This document shows, one piece after another, positions 46,997 through 58,090 of a stretch of DNA of 64,000 nt. The translations under genes and the position numbers were made by a program. The first letter of the stretch is position 1, and each line of letters opens with the position of its first letter. Origin of the DNA: Lepidodermella squamata (Eukaryota > Animalia > Gastrotricha). Location of the stretch: positions 868,001 to 932,000 of the forward strand of contig JBLDXI010000048.1 of NCBI GenBank assembly GCA_047495785.1. The letters are read 5' to 3'. Under the pieces are notes generated by a model. The model worked only from the letters and a program-made list of their open reading frames with translations, was not told where the DNA came from and searched no databases.

Positions 46997-48055
46997 TCAT
47001 TTCTTGCCCGGTCGAACTTTGCTGAACAAAGAAGATTTCTTTGTTTCTTTCTGACTATCGTCATCTTTCGGTTGATCGAGATTGGAATAAACCGGCGGAG
47101 GGCCTGGATAACTCGGCGCTGAAGGTTCAACGGGTTGAAGCACCATTGGCTTAAAAAACTCGTCCCGATTGATTGGTGCGGGGCGCGGTTGCTCATTTGA
47201 TTGAGTCTGCTTGTTCCTACGATCAAATATTTTTTCGAAATCCGCAGCATACTCCTTACGGCAGTCATCTAACACTCGAATGGGGATGGGCGGTTTTGCT
47301 GCAGCAGTTATGAATTTACGGATCAGATCATCTCGTAATGTGGTCACCTTTCTAACAATGGCTGCTTTGTGCAACGCTACTGCCTCCTCAGGCAAATCGT
47401 TCTCCACCATACCCTCAAGCTGGTCGTTATCAACACAGCCCATGAAAGACACGCCCATTTCGCAGTATTTGTAATACGTACCGGCTTCTTTATCACATTT
47501 TATGCCCGCCTCAAATTCCTGCTTCTTTGCTTCCGTCAAATTTTCAGCGTTTGTCAGTAGAAGAATAGAAGCTTCGGAAAATCCCTCGCCAAGATATTCC
47601 ATTATTTTCTTGAACGGGATCAAATCATTCAGCTGCGTCCGGCCAGCCTCCGATACAAAGCATACAACGTGAAGCGAAGTTATGCTGTGTGTCATGCATT
47701 TGGCTGAAAGTTTCAGGAGGGTCTCGTCATCCCTCTTTTCGCCATCGTCCTCCCGCCTGTACTCCTGCAAGCCTGGCGTGTCGATTATGGTCAACTGATA
47801 TTGCTCTCCTGTATCCGGTTCTGTTATACACAAATTCTCGCAAATTGCGTCTTTCGTCCCCGAGTAAGCTTGACGCTTCGCTCCATCCGTTGGGTCAATC
47901 AATGTTCGAACAAGAGTGCTTTTACCAACAGAGCTGCGGCCAACCAGTAGGACGTGGATAGGCTGTGCTCGTCGAACATTGTAGTTCCGGTTGACATTGG
48001 ACTTGAAGAAACTGGACGCGCGATCTTCGTCCCGCTTTCGAGAATTTGATGACAT
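46997..48055 (-). CDS. AIG1/GIMAP-like P-loop GTPase, intronless
   Basis: VLLVGRSSVGKST (G1), SGTK (G2), IIDTPGL (G3), LLLTNAENL (G4-like); helical then Pro-rich C-terminus and basic tail. Confidence 0.85.
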   Translation of the reverse strand: MSSNSRKRDEDRASSFFKSNVNRNYNVRRAQPIHVLLVGRSSVGKSTLVRTLIDPTDGAKRQAYSGTKDAICENLCITEPDTGEQYQLTIIDTPGLQEYRREDDGEKRDDETLLKLSAKCMTHSITSLHVVCFVSEAGRTQLNDLIPFKKIMEYLGEGFSEASILLLTNAENLTEAKKQEFEAGIKCDKEAGTYYKYCEMGVSFMGCVDNDQLEGMVENDLPEEAVALHKAAIVRKVTTLRDDLIRKFITAAAKPPIPIRVLDDCRKEYAADFEKIFDRRNKQTQSNEQPRPAPINRDEFFKPMVLQPVEPSAPSYPGPPPVYSNLDQPKDDDSQKETKKSSLFSKVRPGKK

Positions 48056-48366
48056 CCTTGTAAGACTTGTCAAAGACAATTATGACTATGAAAACTCCCC
48101 GGCGGAATTAGGCAGCATTTATACTGCACAATTATTCATCTTCGGTTCTAGGTAAAACACCAGGAATTCGCTACTGCTGATAAGATAACATTTTTTCAGA
48201 AATATTCACATTCTTGAATATTCTTGATGATAAAAATTGCATAGGTATTTACTTTGAAAATTCAGAAATTTGCATCATTTTTCCAATAGAAAACAAAGTT
48301 TGCGGTTGAAGTTGACAATAACTACTATTAGTTGTAATAATACAAATTATTATGATACATATGCTG

Positions 48367-48594
48367 CTATTGGACTTTTCCAGCCATTATGTCCTTGGCT
48401 AGCATTTGCGCCCATAAGTAGAAGCCGACTTTGTTTTCGCAGATTTGCCGCGATCCGAGTAAGGATATACATTTCGCTAGCCTCTGGCGTTGTGTTGTAA
48501 TTCTGTTGGTGTCATCGATCAACTTAGCAAGGCCTTTCGCATCTCCCCGCTGAACCATCGATTCAACCAAGCTTCCTAAAGCAAAGAAATTCAT
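48367..48594 (-). CDS. Possible 75-aa small helical protein, unknown
   Basis: ATG-initiated ORF with protein-like composition in AT-rich DNA, co-oriented with the cluster; no motif recognised. Confidence 0.3.
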   Translation of the reverse strand: MNFFALGSLVESMVQRGDAKGLAKLIDDTNRITTQRQRLAKCISLLGSRQICENKVGFYLWAQMLAKDIMAGKVQ

Positions 48595-50116
48595 ACATAT
48601 TTAGTTCGAAGGCAGTTAATGAGGAAATTCATGAGTTGCAAGAAAAATCCAAGAAAAATCCAAGAAAAGTATTAAAATGGATCTTAGGTCCCATCTATAA
48701 AATCTGCAGCCGGTAAATTTCACGATTACGCATTCCCTTTTTTTCGACAGCTTTGAAACTCTTGGTACATGTGCATGGGTTGCGTCTCAAATTTTGGATA
48801 AAAATTCTTCGGATTCATCTAATCTCGGTACTAACTGCTTATTTCTTTTTGCGCTGATAGGAGAATGTCCTAGTTTCAAGACATCTCGTGAATATCTACA
48901 ACAAGGTGTATAATTATTGCATAACTTTGGTTCCGTTTGCGCATGTAAAATATATCAAATTAATTCAACCATGCGACTGTCATTATATAATACTAAAAAA
49001 TCAGAATTTCATCTGATTGGCACTATAAGAAATTTGAATAGGAAAGTTAAGGAATTAGTCCGGGAGGGGTTTTAAGTTTCAAACTGTTTTCCTGTGTGTC
49101 GCCTTTGGTCGTTGCGTCTCTGCTGAGATGCCCATCCAGTTGCGTGCAATCAACAATCAACAAATGTGGGTTTGCTTATGAAAGCAATTTCGGCAACTTC
49201 AATATTTCTTAAAGCCCCAATTCAGGCAGGACAAAATTTTTTGATGACAGGCATGCAAGGGATTAGTTCAAATTAAAATACTTACTAAGCCGTTGTTTCA
49301 TAACTGCTTCGCCGTTTGCTGCCTCGGGCCGCGCGACTTGCAACAAGCAGCAGATAACCAGCAAGATAACGAAGTGTGATGCCATTGTACTTAAAAACTG
49401 GGAGAATCTAATCATCAAAAAATCATGAACTTTATTAAATTTATGTGCCGTGCTTTCATCGCAATGGGTCAGAAGATAAAATACACGCTAGCAATTTTAC
49501 GAAGCTTTGGTACAAGAATCAAAATCTTGTAATAGCTAAATAAGTAGAACGGCAGCAGCAAGTGTGAAACAATAATTCAATACAGCACTGCGGGACGCGT
49601 ACTGCAAAACAAATCGTAAAGACTCTCATGGGAGTCGCGATACCAAAACTGAGCGCTCATGATGCCCACTGTCGACTTATACCCACATAGCGCCGGATAT
49701 TGGGCCGCGAAAACATTCGCGTCCTGACACGAATATAATATAGACATACGACATACTATCCAATGCCGACCTAGTGGGCGGATTTTCCAATAACAAAATT
49801 TAGGGCTTGCCATGAATCAGATAACATCCCTGGAGATGGACATCCGGCTACCAGTATCGCGATAATGAATAAACTATGATTCAGACCATTAATAAAATAT
49901 CCAGATCGCGTCACAAGTTTAGACGGGGGTTCTGTCCAAAGTGAACTCGTCGTGCATTCATAATCACAAAAGCTGCTCTATTAGTCGAAGGTATTCAAGG
50001 TTATCATAGAGATGGAATTTTTCTAGATCCGAAATGCATTTCGCTAATTATTTCAGTATAAAACAACACGCAGCCGTGTTCTTCTTGCGATCATTCTGCT
50101 TTTTTTCTCTCAAGAA

Positions 50117-52554
50117 ATGTTCTTGATTCTATTTTTACTCACAGCTGTTTTCGACGAATCGCTCGGGCATTCTTTTCCGCTACAAAGTTTTACCAAACCA
50201 TGACCTAAAGTAAAGCCCCAGAAGCTGCATGTCCTAGCCCTTATGTGGTATACAGGGTCTGAACCCAGGGACCGGGCGCTATGCACCTCCGCCATGCAAG
50301 TTGCTGTTGATTTCGCCAAAAATAGATCTGACTTCTTACCAAAATACCACACAGTTCCGCGATACATTGACGAAGGCTCGAATGGGTTTTTAGGCCTGCG
50401 GGAAATCGCGAAATTCCTGAGAGAGTCCCAGAACCCGGCTAAACCGTACACTCCTGCTCCTGTAACTGTGGGTCCTTATTTCACAGCAGGGTGTCTTAGA
50501 ATCGCGGCTACGATGAATTATTTTGACATTTTGGGCTTCTCAATGGGTTGTACTGCCTCTCAGATGTCTAATAACAGGAAGCAGTTTCCTAACCTGTACC
50601 ACGTAAGGGCTCAGGCTGATATTGTTCTATACTCAAGGTAAGAGTCCTCGAGTCCTACGCCTCTCTATCGTTGCAAGCTTTAATCAGGTATCTGTTCGTG
50701 AAGCAAATCGGGAAATGGGATCGAGTTGCAATACTATCGACTGCCTCAAGTGTTCGAGATGTCTATGGAGCTGTTGATCTCCAGAACCTCCTCATCCAAA
50801 ATGGCGTGTTAGTCCCTTGGTTTAATTTCGTCCTAAACATTGATTCTTAAGTTATGGAGAGTCTGACGAAGTCTGACTTGAGGGTTATTGTTCTCGAGAT
50901 TACTACTCTGAGTGTAGCTCTTCAGTTCTTCTGCACGGGCTTTATGAACGGACTTTACGGACCCAGATAAGTTTTCAAAACAGCCTCAATTGTCATGATC
51001 GATCCTTACGGCGTTATCCCCAACTTACAAGCTGGATGTAATCGAAACATGCTCATCGAAATGCAGAAAAGCACCTTTTATGTATCTCACTACACACTAC
51101 ATGTTTGACCATCAAAATCACGGAGTGACTTCATTGGGCTATGATCTTGTAAAGTGTGAGGAACTGTTAGCAGCTAAAGCTGGTAAGGATCGAATGACTT
51201 CTCAGGACTCGTTGATGAAGGATTTATGCCGCGACATTATGATGGAGGTGCTACTGACCCTTGAAGAAACAGAAAAAAAGTTGGCAGAAGTTAATAAGAC
51301 TCTATCAGACTTTAATTTCAACCCAGCTGAGATTATGCTAGTAGCAAACGCATCTGCATCTACCTTGGAGCCAATTACGGTCCGATACGGGAAGCAAAAT
51401 TGGTCTAGAGTCTAGACGCCTCGAAGCTGACGACTGACGATGAACCTCAGTCTGTTTGGTCCGAAAGTGAGAGACGCATAAAGTACCTCTACTTGATGAA
51501 ACACGATCCTGTTCGCGACTATTTCGACTCTGGGAGCTACTCCTTCACCGTGGATAAGATACCTTGGAATGGACCGGACGGCAAACCCCCGATTCCCTTT
51601 CCCCCAACAGAAATAACATCCTCAGAGCCTGCAAATGGCCTAGTTACTTTCATTGATTGTGCAGCCGGTGGTCCAATGCCTTGGGATTCTGCTTTTGTGC
51701 TGTCGGAAAGGAGCGACTTGCAAGGCGGTTTCATCAGCGAGATTTACAATCCTAATCGGGTTGATACTGCTCAATCTTTGTGCTGCTTTATTCATCCAGC
51801 CGAAACCTGACGTGACCATGACCTGACGTAACAGCTATCATTGGACTAGGCTTTGTCGATATCGGAACTTTGTTGAGAATCTTCAGTTTCGTAGCCAGCG
51901 TGACAACCCCCTCAAGGCTGATGAGAGTAAGAGCGGGAAGTGCGGTCGTGAGAGATCGCAGATCAGTTTACTCAACTTTCATAATTCAAACTCGGAAGAG
52001 CAGCACCATCCATCCAGTAACTCGATCTGTGGATGATGAAAGAATAAAAAATATCCCGCCATCCCGTCTCCACCTTATCCTCATCGCTGTTTTATTCATT
52101 CGGTTGTGATAGTCACAATATTGTCTCTGACAGTCCTTACTCTAAAATGGTCAGCCTAACTAATGGGCCTGTGTATGACTATCAGAGATATTTTTACGTG
52201 GATATCCGCGGCGTGAGATGCGAATCGGACCTTTTCTTATTTTGGCTCGGAATTTCCTGCAGAATCCAGGCTTTGACCTGCATCATCGCTATTGGGGCTG
52301 TACTTTCTCATAGAACTCACTCCACGGCCGGGATTCAGCTGAAATCATTCGCTGCATGCCAAATAAATGCTGTGATGCTCATCTCAGCCGGAATAATGCT
52401 GAATTTCGTCATGTCTCGACACCCAACCCAACAATCTATCATAAATGCCGTTGTAGCTCTTTCAATGTCATCCTTAACCTTTGGACTGGCCCACGGCAAG
52501 AAAATATTCACAATTCAAATTGACCAGTCTCATTCTGCTGCGAACATTCCTTAA
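50117..52554 (+). pseudogene. GABA-B-like class C GPCR pseudogene
   Basis: TATAAAA ~50058, ATG 50117 with signal peptide, stops at ~50201, ~50847, ~50968 and 51413 plus frameshifts; QKLHVL, FPNLYHVRA, GVTSLGYDL, CESD blocks match 52651-55023; one short intron from 50638. Confidence 0.85.
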
Positions 52555-52650
52555 AATACACAGCGCATCAACTCAAATACGAGAAGTGCAGCGTCACAAA
52601 AAGCAATTTAAGCCTTTTGGGTTCATTTTCAGAAAGAAATTGAGAAATCA

Positions 52651-55023
52651 TCACTTAAAGATATTAAGTCCAGGTAACGTCACTCCGACACTTGTCGCTA
52701 GTGAGTAAATCAGCAATAAAGATCCGACGATCCCATTTTGTTGATTGAAGTCATCACTTTGAGTGATTAGCAGTAGCACAACGGCTAAGAAAAGAAGAGT
52801 CGAATCGACAAATGCGGTCGCTATCGTTATTTTCGCCTCTAAGTTGACGATTCCTCGTAGTTTCACGTTTCGCAGTTGAATTGCTATCAGGAAATTGATT
52901 AGATGCTGAGATCCAATTAAAGCTACAAGAATACCCAGCCAGCGCTTGCTCCAAGAAGATTCGCACATTAAAGTTACAAAATGGAAGTAACCATCCTCCT
53001 CCGGGTCGAAAAATGTTTCATCAACGTATCTCCGAACGTGAATATGGTCTAACAGCTCCCATGTAACAAGGACAATAAGTACACAAAGTAATGACATCGT
53101 CACAGCCAATAATGTCCATTTTGTGTTGTAAATGTGGTCAAGTTTTACGCTCAACTGACGGGATGGCCTAGATGGGTAAAGTCCGCTGATTTGTGCAGAT
53201 TGAACAGCCGATGAACTGCGACCAGAAAACCGATTCAAGATCCTCGAAAGTCTCGATTCGGTTCTCACTTGTTTACCTTTCAGTGTTTTCTGGACGAAAT
53301 ATGCAAGCCTCGTTACTCTACACAGGAGCGTTGAGGCGATGATTGTGAGACTTATTGAGATAAGAAAAATCCGAAATTGACAGAGATGTTTGAGGCTCAA
53401 AGGCAGAACCATTGAAATAGCCCCAGCATTGGATACAAAACATCCGATAAAGACCACAACATTCGTGGGCATGGACAATTTAAACTCAGCTTTCCTTTTG
53501 TATATCTGTAGCCCGGCGAAAAACATCTGGGCAATTGTCAGAATCGAAGACAGAACGATGATAGCCAGATAGAGACCTTGGTAAATCTCAAGAATGATAT
53601 TCTTGATTTCAGAGAGGTCCTTAGGAGGAGTTCTCTTCTTCGTCTGCCATTGAATATCCAAACCCGGTTGCTTCTCAAGTTTGTAGTTTTTACTAATGGA
53701 TAACTGGTCTGATGAGTTACCAGTGAATTCTAACCGATAAATCATTCTCAATTCCCCATTGATTTGCTGGCTGATCCAAATATCCTCCTCATCGACTTCA
53801 AGCCTTGACGAGTACTTCATTCTGCCGATTCTCAAGCTATACATATCCATTTCGGATAGACTCCGATTTACTACCCCACCGACTAAGGTTGGGTACTTAT
53901 TGAAGTCAAGAAGGGACATGCTCATTTTGCTTAGGACTTCCTCGCTCCGATTCAGGGCCAAGAGGCCCGCTTGAAGAGCATCATGATAGAATGGGAAGAT
54001 CAAAAGAGTCTCAATAGTCACGTTTCTGGTGAAATTCGTGTAAACATTGAGCCTCCTTATGTATTCTTGAAGGTCATAACCAAAAGATGTAGTGCCGTAG
54101 TTTTTGGCTGCAGTTGTAGCTGGGCCATAGAATAAGGTGTTTCGCATTTGTTCCATCAGCATCTGAAGAGTGCAGCCAGCAGGGTAGAGCTTTCTATCCA
54201 ACTTCTCCGGATCGAAATAGCCAGTTGCAAGCATCATGAAGGTATACTGGGGAGATCGTATTCCTAACTGATAGCCGAGGCAGAAAAACTTGACCACTAA
54301 TTGGGCGATGGCGAAGTTCGCTACAATGATTCGACTATCGGTTTGCTTGATCTGCTCGAACAATAACTCATCAGCATCATAGACAGCTGTCATTAGTTTA
54401 ATTGTTATTCCTTCCCTAACCATGACTGAATACAAGAGCAAGGAGCTGCTAACTGAGCCGGAGTTTGCGGCGTAGGACACTATAGCCATCTCTTTCCAAT
54501 TCGCGACTCTCTTCGCCATGAATACAGGGGCGATAACGCTGTTCTCGTTGGGAGCCCTGATTCTGTAGAGATTAGGGAAATCTTTCCTGTTAGCCGTGAA
54601 GATGACATTGACCCCACAATTTGGGGTTATTTGGACCATTTCGAAATATCGGACAACTCGAGCTGAGGTTTGGCAGAAATTCAAAGGTCCGATCACTAGA
54701 GGGGCTAGATTTATCTTCCCACCAGGTCTTAGAGTGGAAGATTCGGTTGCTTGAATGAAATTCCGAGGCGTAAGACTCCCACTCACGGGACCTTCATCAA
54801 TGTTCATCATCGAGATTTGAAAGTTTGGTAAGAAGTTCGTCTGATTCAACGCTGCGTCCAGGACAATTTGTAGAGCAGCTTGCAACAAGGGTAGATCGAA
54901 GACTGTTTCTTGATTAGAGAATGGCATATAAGTCAGTATGTTAAGTTTCTGGTGGCGGGAAGCGTTTCCAGCTGCAATTTGGACAATCGGCATGAGTAAA
55001 GCAATAATTAAGATCATGTTCAT
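52651..55023 (-). CDS. GABA-B-receptor-like class C GPCR (Venus flytrap + 7TM), intronless
   Basis: Signal peptide MNMILIIALL; VIGP, DFPNLYRIRAP, DSRIIVANF, FYHDA, PPKD linker without Cys-rich domain, SMPTNVVVFIGC, seven hydrophobic helices, CES in ECL2. Confidence 0.88.
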   Translation of the reverse strand: MNMILIIALLMPIVQIAAGNASRHQKLNILTYMPFSNQETVFDLPLLQAALQIVLDAALNQTNFLPNFQISMMNIDEGPVSGSLTPRNFIQATESSTLRPGGKINLAPLVIGPLNFCQTSARVVRYFEMVQITPNCGVNVIFTANRKDFPNLYRIRAPNENSVIAPVFMAKRVANWKEMAIVSYAANSGSVSSSLLLYSVMVREGITIKLMTAVYDADELLFEQIKQTDSRIIVANFAIAQLVVKFFCLGYQLGIRSPQYTFMMLATGYFDPEKLDRKLYPAGCTLQMLMEQMRNTLFYGPATTAAKNYGTTSFGYDLQEYIRRLNVYTNFTRNVTIETLLIFPFYHDALQAGLLALNRSEEVLSKMSMSLLDFNKYPTLVGGVVNRSLSEMDMYSLRIGRMKYSSRLEVDEEDIWISQQINGELRMIYRLEFTGNSSDQLSISKNYKLEKQPGLDIQWQTKKRTPPKDLSEIKNIILEIYQGLYLAIIVLSSILTIAQMFFAGLQIYKRKAEFKLSMPTNVVVFIGCFVSNAGAISMVLPLSLKHLCQFRIFLISISLTIIASTLLCRVTRLAYFVQKTLKGKQVRTESRLSRILNRFSGRSSSAVQSAQISGLYPSRPSRQLSVKLDHIYNTKWTLLAVTMSLLCVLIVLVTWELLDHIHVRRYVDETFFDPEEDGYFHFVTLMCESSWSKRWLGILVALIGSQHLINFLIAIQLRNVKLRGIVNLEAKITIATAFVDSTLLFLAVVLLLITQSDDFNQQNGIVGSLLLIYSLATSVGVTLPGLNIFK

Positions 55024-55967
55024 GTTCTTTTCAACTAAATAAAAATGGCTAGTTGCTCCGCGAGAAGATTTTTCAATTATAATCAAACTAATTTCAAATA
55101 TGGTTCAATCCATCGTACGAGGAGAGCTGATGCTGGCTTTTCGTATGTCATGTGATACTCCCAACTCTCACTTATTGATCGACCTCGCGATTTAGCTTCT
55201 AGCACGCATTCCGTGACTAAATATCTTTTTTCCTTACTGTCTAATGAGCTACATTCTCTGCTTTGAAGTCTAGACTGGGCTAAATCAAACGCATATCGAT
55301 ATCGTTATTAATTTGGTGTCCCATTTTATTGAAACAGGATACAGTGCAACTTAGTTATAACGAACCGGACTAAATAATCATTTTAATAAAAGTTCGTTAG
55401 AGCAAAAGATGATATTTTAAAATGATCAGCGCTTAAATCCAATTCATCGAATTCCGAAGAGCCAGACTCTGCCGAAGACTCTTATCAGTCGAGAGAAGGA
55501 AGATGTGACCGGTTCCTAAACCTTATACCTCTAGGTTTTTGCTTTTTCGCAGCTTCGGCGAGTTCAGATATAACTGATTTACGCGTGTTGTATTAAAAAT
55601 TGGCACGTGTACTCGGAGCTATAATTTGGCGTGCAATTCTATAATTACCCATAGGAGGGGTAGCGCATATCTCGCGGTGGGCGACAGAACGACTTATCTA
55701 GAATAGAAACTAATGTCGCAATGCTTTTAACGCTTAGAAAAAATTAGCGTTCTAGCGATCGTGCACGCGAAATTACAAACATTAAGCTCATTATGTCATT
55801 TGTTTCTAGTTTCTATTCTAGGACGGTTATTCCGCTGTCTATCGCGATACATATCAGAAGAAAGAACAATTTATAAGCAACCTTTTATTTAAAATAAAAC
55901 TTAGTTCATGAAAACCCTGACCAATTTAGAATGATGATATCATTCGAGATATTACTTCGCAGATTGC

Positions 55968-57038
55968 TTAGGATTTTCGGCGCCGGAATACAACAAACGC
56001 ATTGTCCCAAGTTTTAGCCAACAAATCGGCTTGAGGATATTCCTCCCGAAGCACCTGTCTATACTTTGACCATAGTGTCTTGCGAATAACTTCTTTCTGA
56101 TCATAAGTCCTTTCATTAGAGAGAGCAGACATGAATGCAGGTTCGATTACGCTTTCTCCAATGGAGCACATATCAGCGATCAAACGGTCGAAGTCCCGAT
56201 GTTGAAGGTAAGATTCGTAGAAAACATTATCTTGGGTCTCGCAGTTCTCTGCATGAATAACTTCAAGGTTCAGATTGTCCAAAATCTCCGGTTTCGTCAC
56301 ATCTTCCAGTGAACGAAATACCATTCGAATATTGAAGTCCATCAGCTCTTCAAGCCGAATAAATCCCGATAGGTAGAGATCATCAGCAGCCATGTATAAA
56401 GCATCGTAGAGATTAGCAATGAGGCCACCGGTTACAATATGAATTACGATAATACCACCAGGAACCAATTCTCTAGACCGGGCTTGAAGAAATGTTTTCC
56501 AGTCCCTCTCCGCTTGCTCAGCCCATACTGCCTTCTCAGTCTCATTACCGTAAACTGGAAGAGCATGATTGACGAGTTTACAAGGTACATCAGAAGCCCA
56601 ATGAACGGCACAAATTGAAATTCCGAAGTAAAGACTGCAGTCTGGTAGGACTTGTTTATAAAAAGAGCAACCAGATGCTAGACAATGCACGCCCTTATGA
56701 TGCTGAAGGTAAGATCTTTCGTCGAAATGAATGATATTGAACAATCCAGTCCAGTTGTTATTTGGCAGGTCCTCATGAACTGCAATAATTGTTTTTACGT
56801 CGTGCTTTTCGCGTAGTTTGGTGACTATCGATGATATCGCTGCGGAACTGTTAGCTCCGCTACTGCAGCCGAAGTCGGCAATGAAAATGGTATCTTTGAG
56901 ATCAGCAGAGAGAGCATCTATACCCTGTTTGACGAAACGCTCGGCCATGTGCAAACTTTGCCGCTGCGTTTGCGAATAATTGTTATAGTCCTTTCGCATA
57001 ACGACTGAATGGCATGAATAGCCATTGGATTCAGCCAT
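55968..57038 (-). CDS. SABATH-family SAM-dependent carboxyl methyltransferase, intronless
   Basis: YNNYSQTQ, IADFGCSSGANS, HEDLPNNNWTGLF, GCSFYKQVLP, AVHWASDVP, QAERDWKTFLQARSRELVPGG: the full SABATH motif set. Confidence 0.92.
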   Translation of the reverse strand: MAESNGYSCHSVVMRKDYNNYSQTQRQSLHMAERFVKQGIDALSADLKDTIFIADFGCSSGANSSAAISSIVTKLREKHDVKTIIAVHEDLPNNNWTGLFNIIHFDERSYLQHHKGVHCLASGCSFYKQVLPDCSLYFGISICAVHWASDVPCKLVNHALPVYGNETEKAVWAEQAERDWKTFLQARSRELVPGGIIVIHIVTGGLIANLYDALYMAADDLYLSGFIRLEELMDFNIRMVFRSLEDVTKPEILDNLNLEVIHAENCETQDNVFYESYLQHRDFDRLIADMCSIGESVIEPAFMSALSNERTYDQKEVIRKTLWSKYRQVLREEYPQADLLAKTWDNAFVVFRRRKS

Positions 57039-58090
57039 ACAACAATAATATTTAGAAAATGTCTGAAGAAATTTAAGAATCGTTTGGCAATGGATAATAG
57101 CAACTGCTTATAGGCGAGCTTGAGGGGCTTCACACGAAGATGAACTGTTTCCTAGAATTCGTTATGGATAATAATAATATAGGGGAGGTTAGATATAATG
57201 CTGTGGTGTTCGATTTCAAGGGCAACTGAGACTAATTTCGGCCGTTGCTAAATCAAACTATTTACTAAACTATTTACGATTTCGGCCTGAATTAGCCATC
57301 AAAGGATTTCTCTCTATTTTCCCATGATTCTTATTCGGAGGAGCCATTTAGGAGCCGATATGCGTAGAATTCAATGTAAAGCGAATTTTTTAGTAAATAG
57401 CTGGAGACAGCATCTAGCAGTTTCCATTAGTCCTAGTTTGAAGAGCTAATCTGTACGAGATGACATGGCCCATTACGCAACGAAATGGGCAGGCTCTTGT
57501 CAAATACGGCTGTAAGCGCCAACGTTTTTTTGACTTGTTATCCCTAAGCCAAAGCATCATTTAGCTGGCAGTGACGTAATATGAGCAAAAATTGATGAGC
57601 ATTCCGCCTTCGGTTGAGTTAATTTTTGTTTGAACAGACATGCGCGAGTTTTAGCGCCATTCATCTGACATCATCCTGCTTGACGCATAATAATTCGTAT
57701 TCTAATTTATATTTTTTGGCGGTGTTTTTCTGCGAGCGATTATTAGTTGGGAATCATACGTATGGGGTATCATACACATCTTAAAGTTTATATGACATGT
57801 TGACAGCAAGTTCACAATTCAAACAAAAAAAGACAAACACTGCAAACTTTATTATACCTTTCCATCCTTAAATACATTAATATTAATATGTTTTGCATTA
57901 TAACAATTATTATTATCACGTATCTATGCGTCATATCATATACGGTATATACTTAACGTCATTGAACAATACGAAAAATTACCATTCCCCATCCCCAACA
58001 ATTTAAATTCGAAAGCGAAGCAAATGTTAGCGAAATACAATAATTGCATGCAATCAGAAGCAATCGGATAGCAATGAATGCTGGTCGGAG

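Noticed and set aside
33602-48594. Prokaryotic or viral contaminant, or whole provirus
   Set aside because: Contains a spliceosomal intron, TATA/AATAAA signals, MITEs and GPCR relics; no capsid, polymerase or integrase genes, and no operon-like spacing.
49577-49960. 78-aa ORF with cysteines
   Set aside because: No signal peptide, splice structure or domain could be supported.
55667-55855. 15-bp inverted repeat CTAGAATAGAAACTA
   Set aside because: Probably an old MITE, but the ends and TSD could not be defined.
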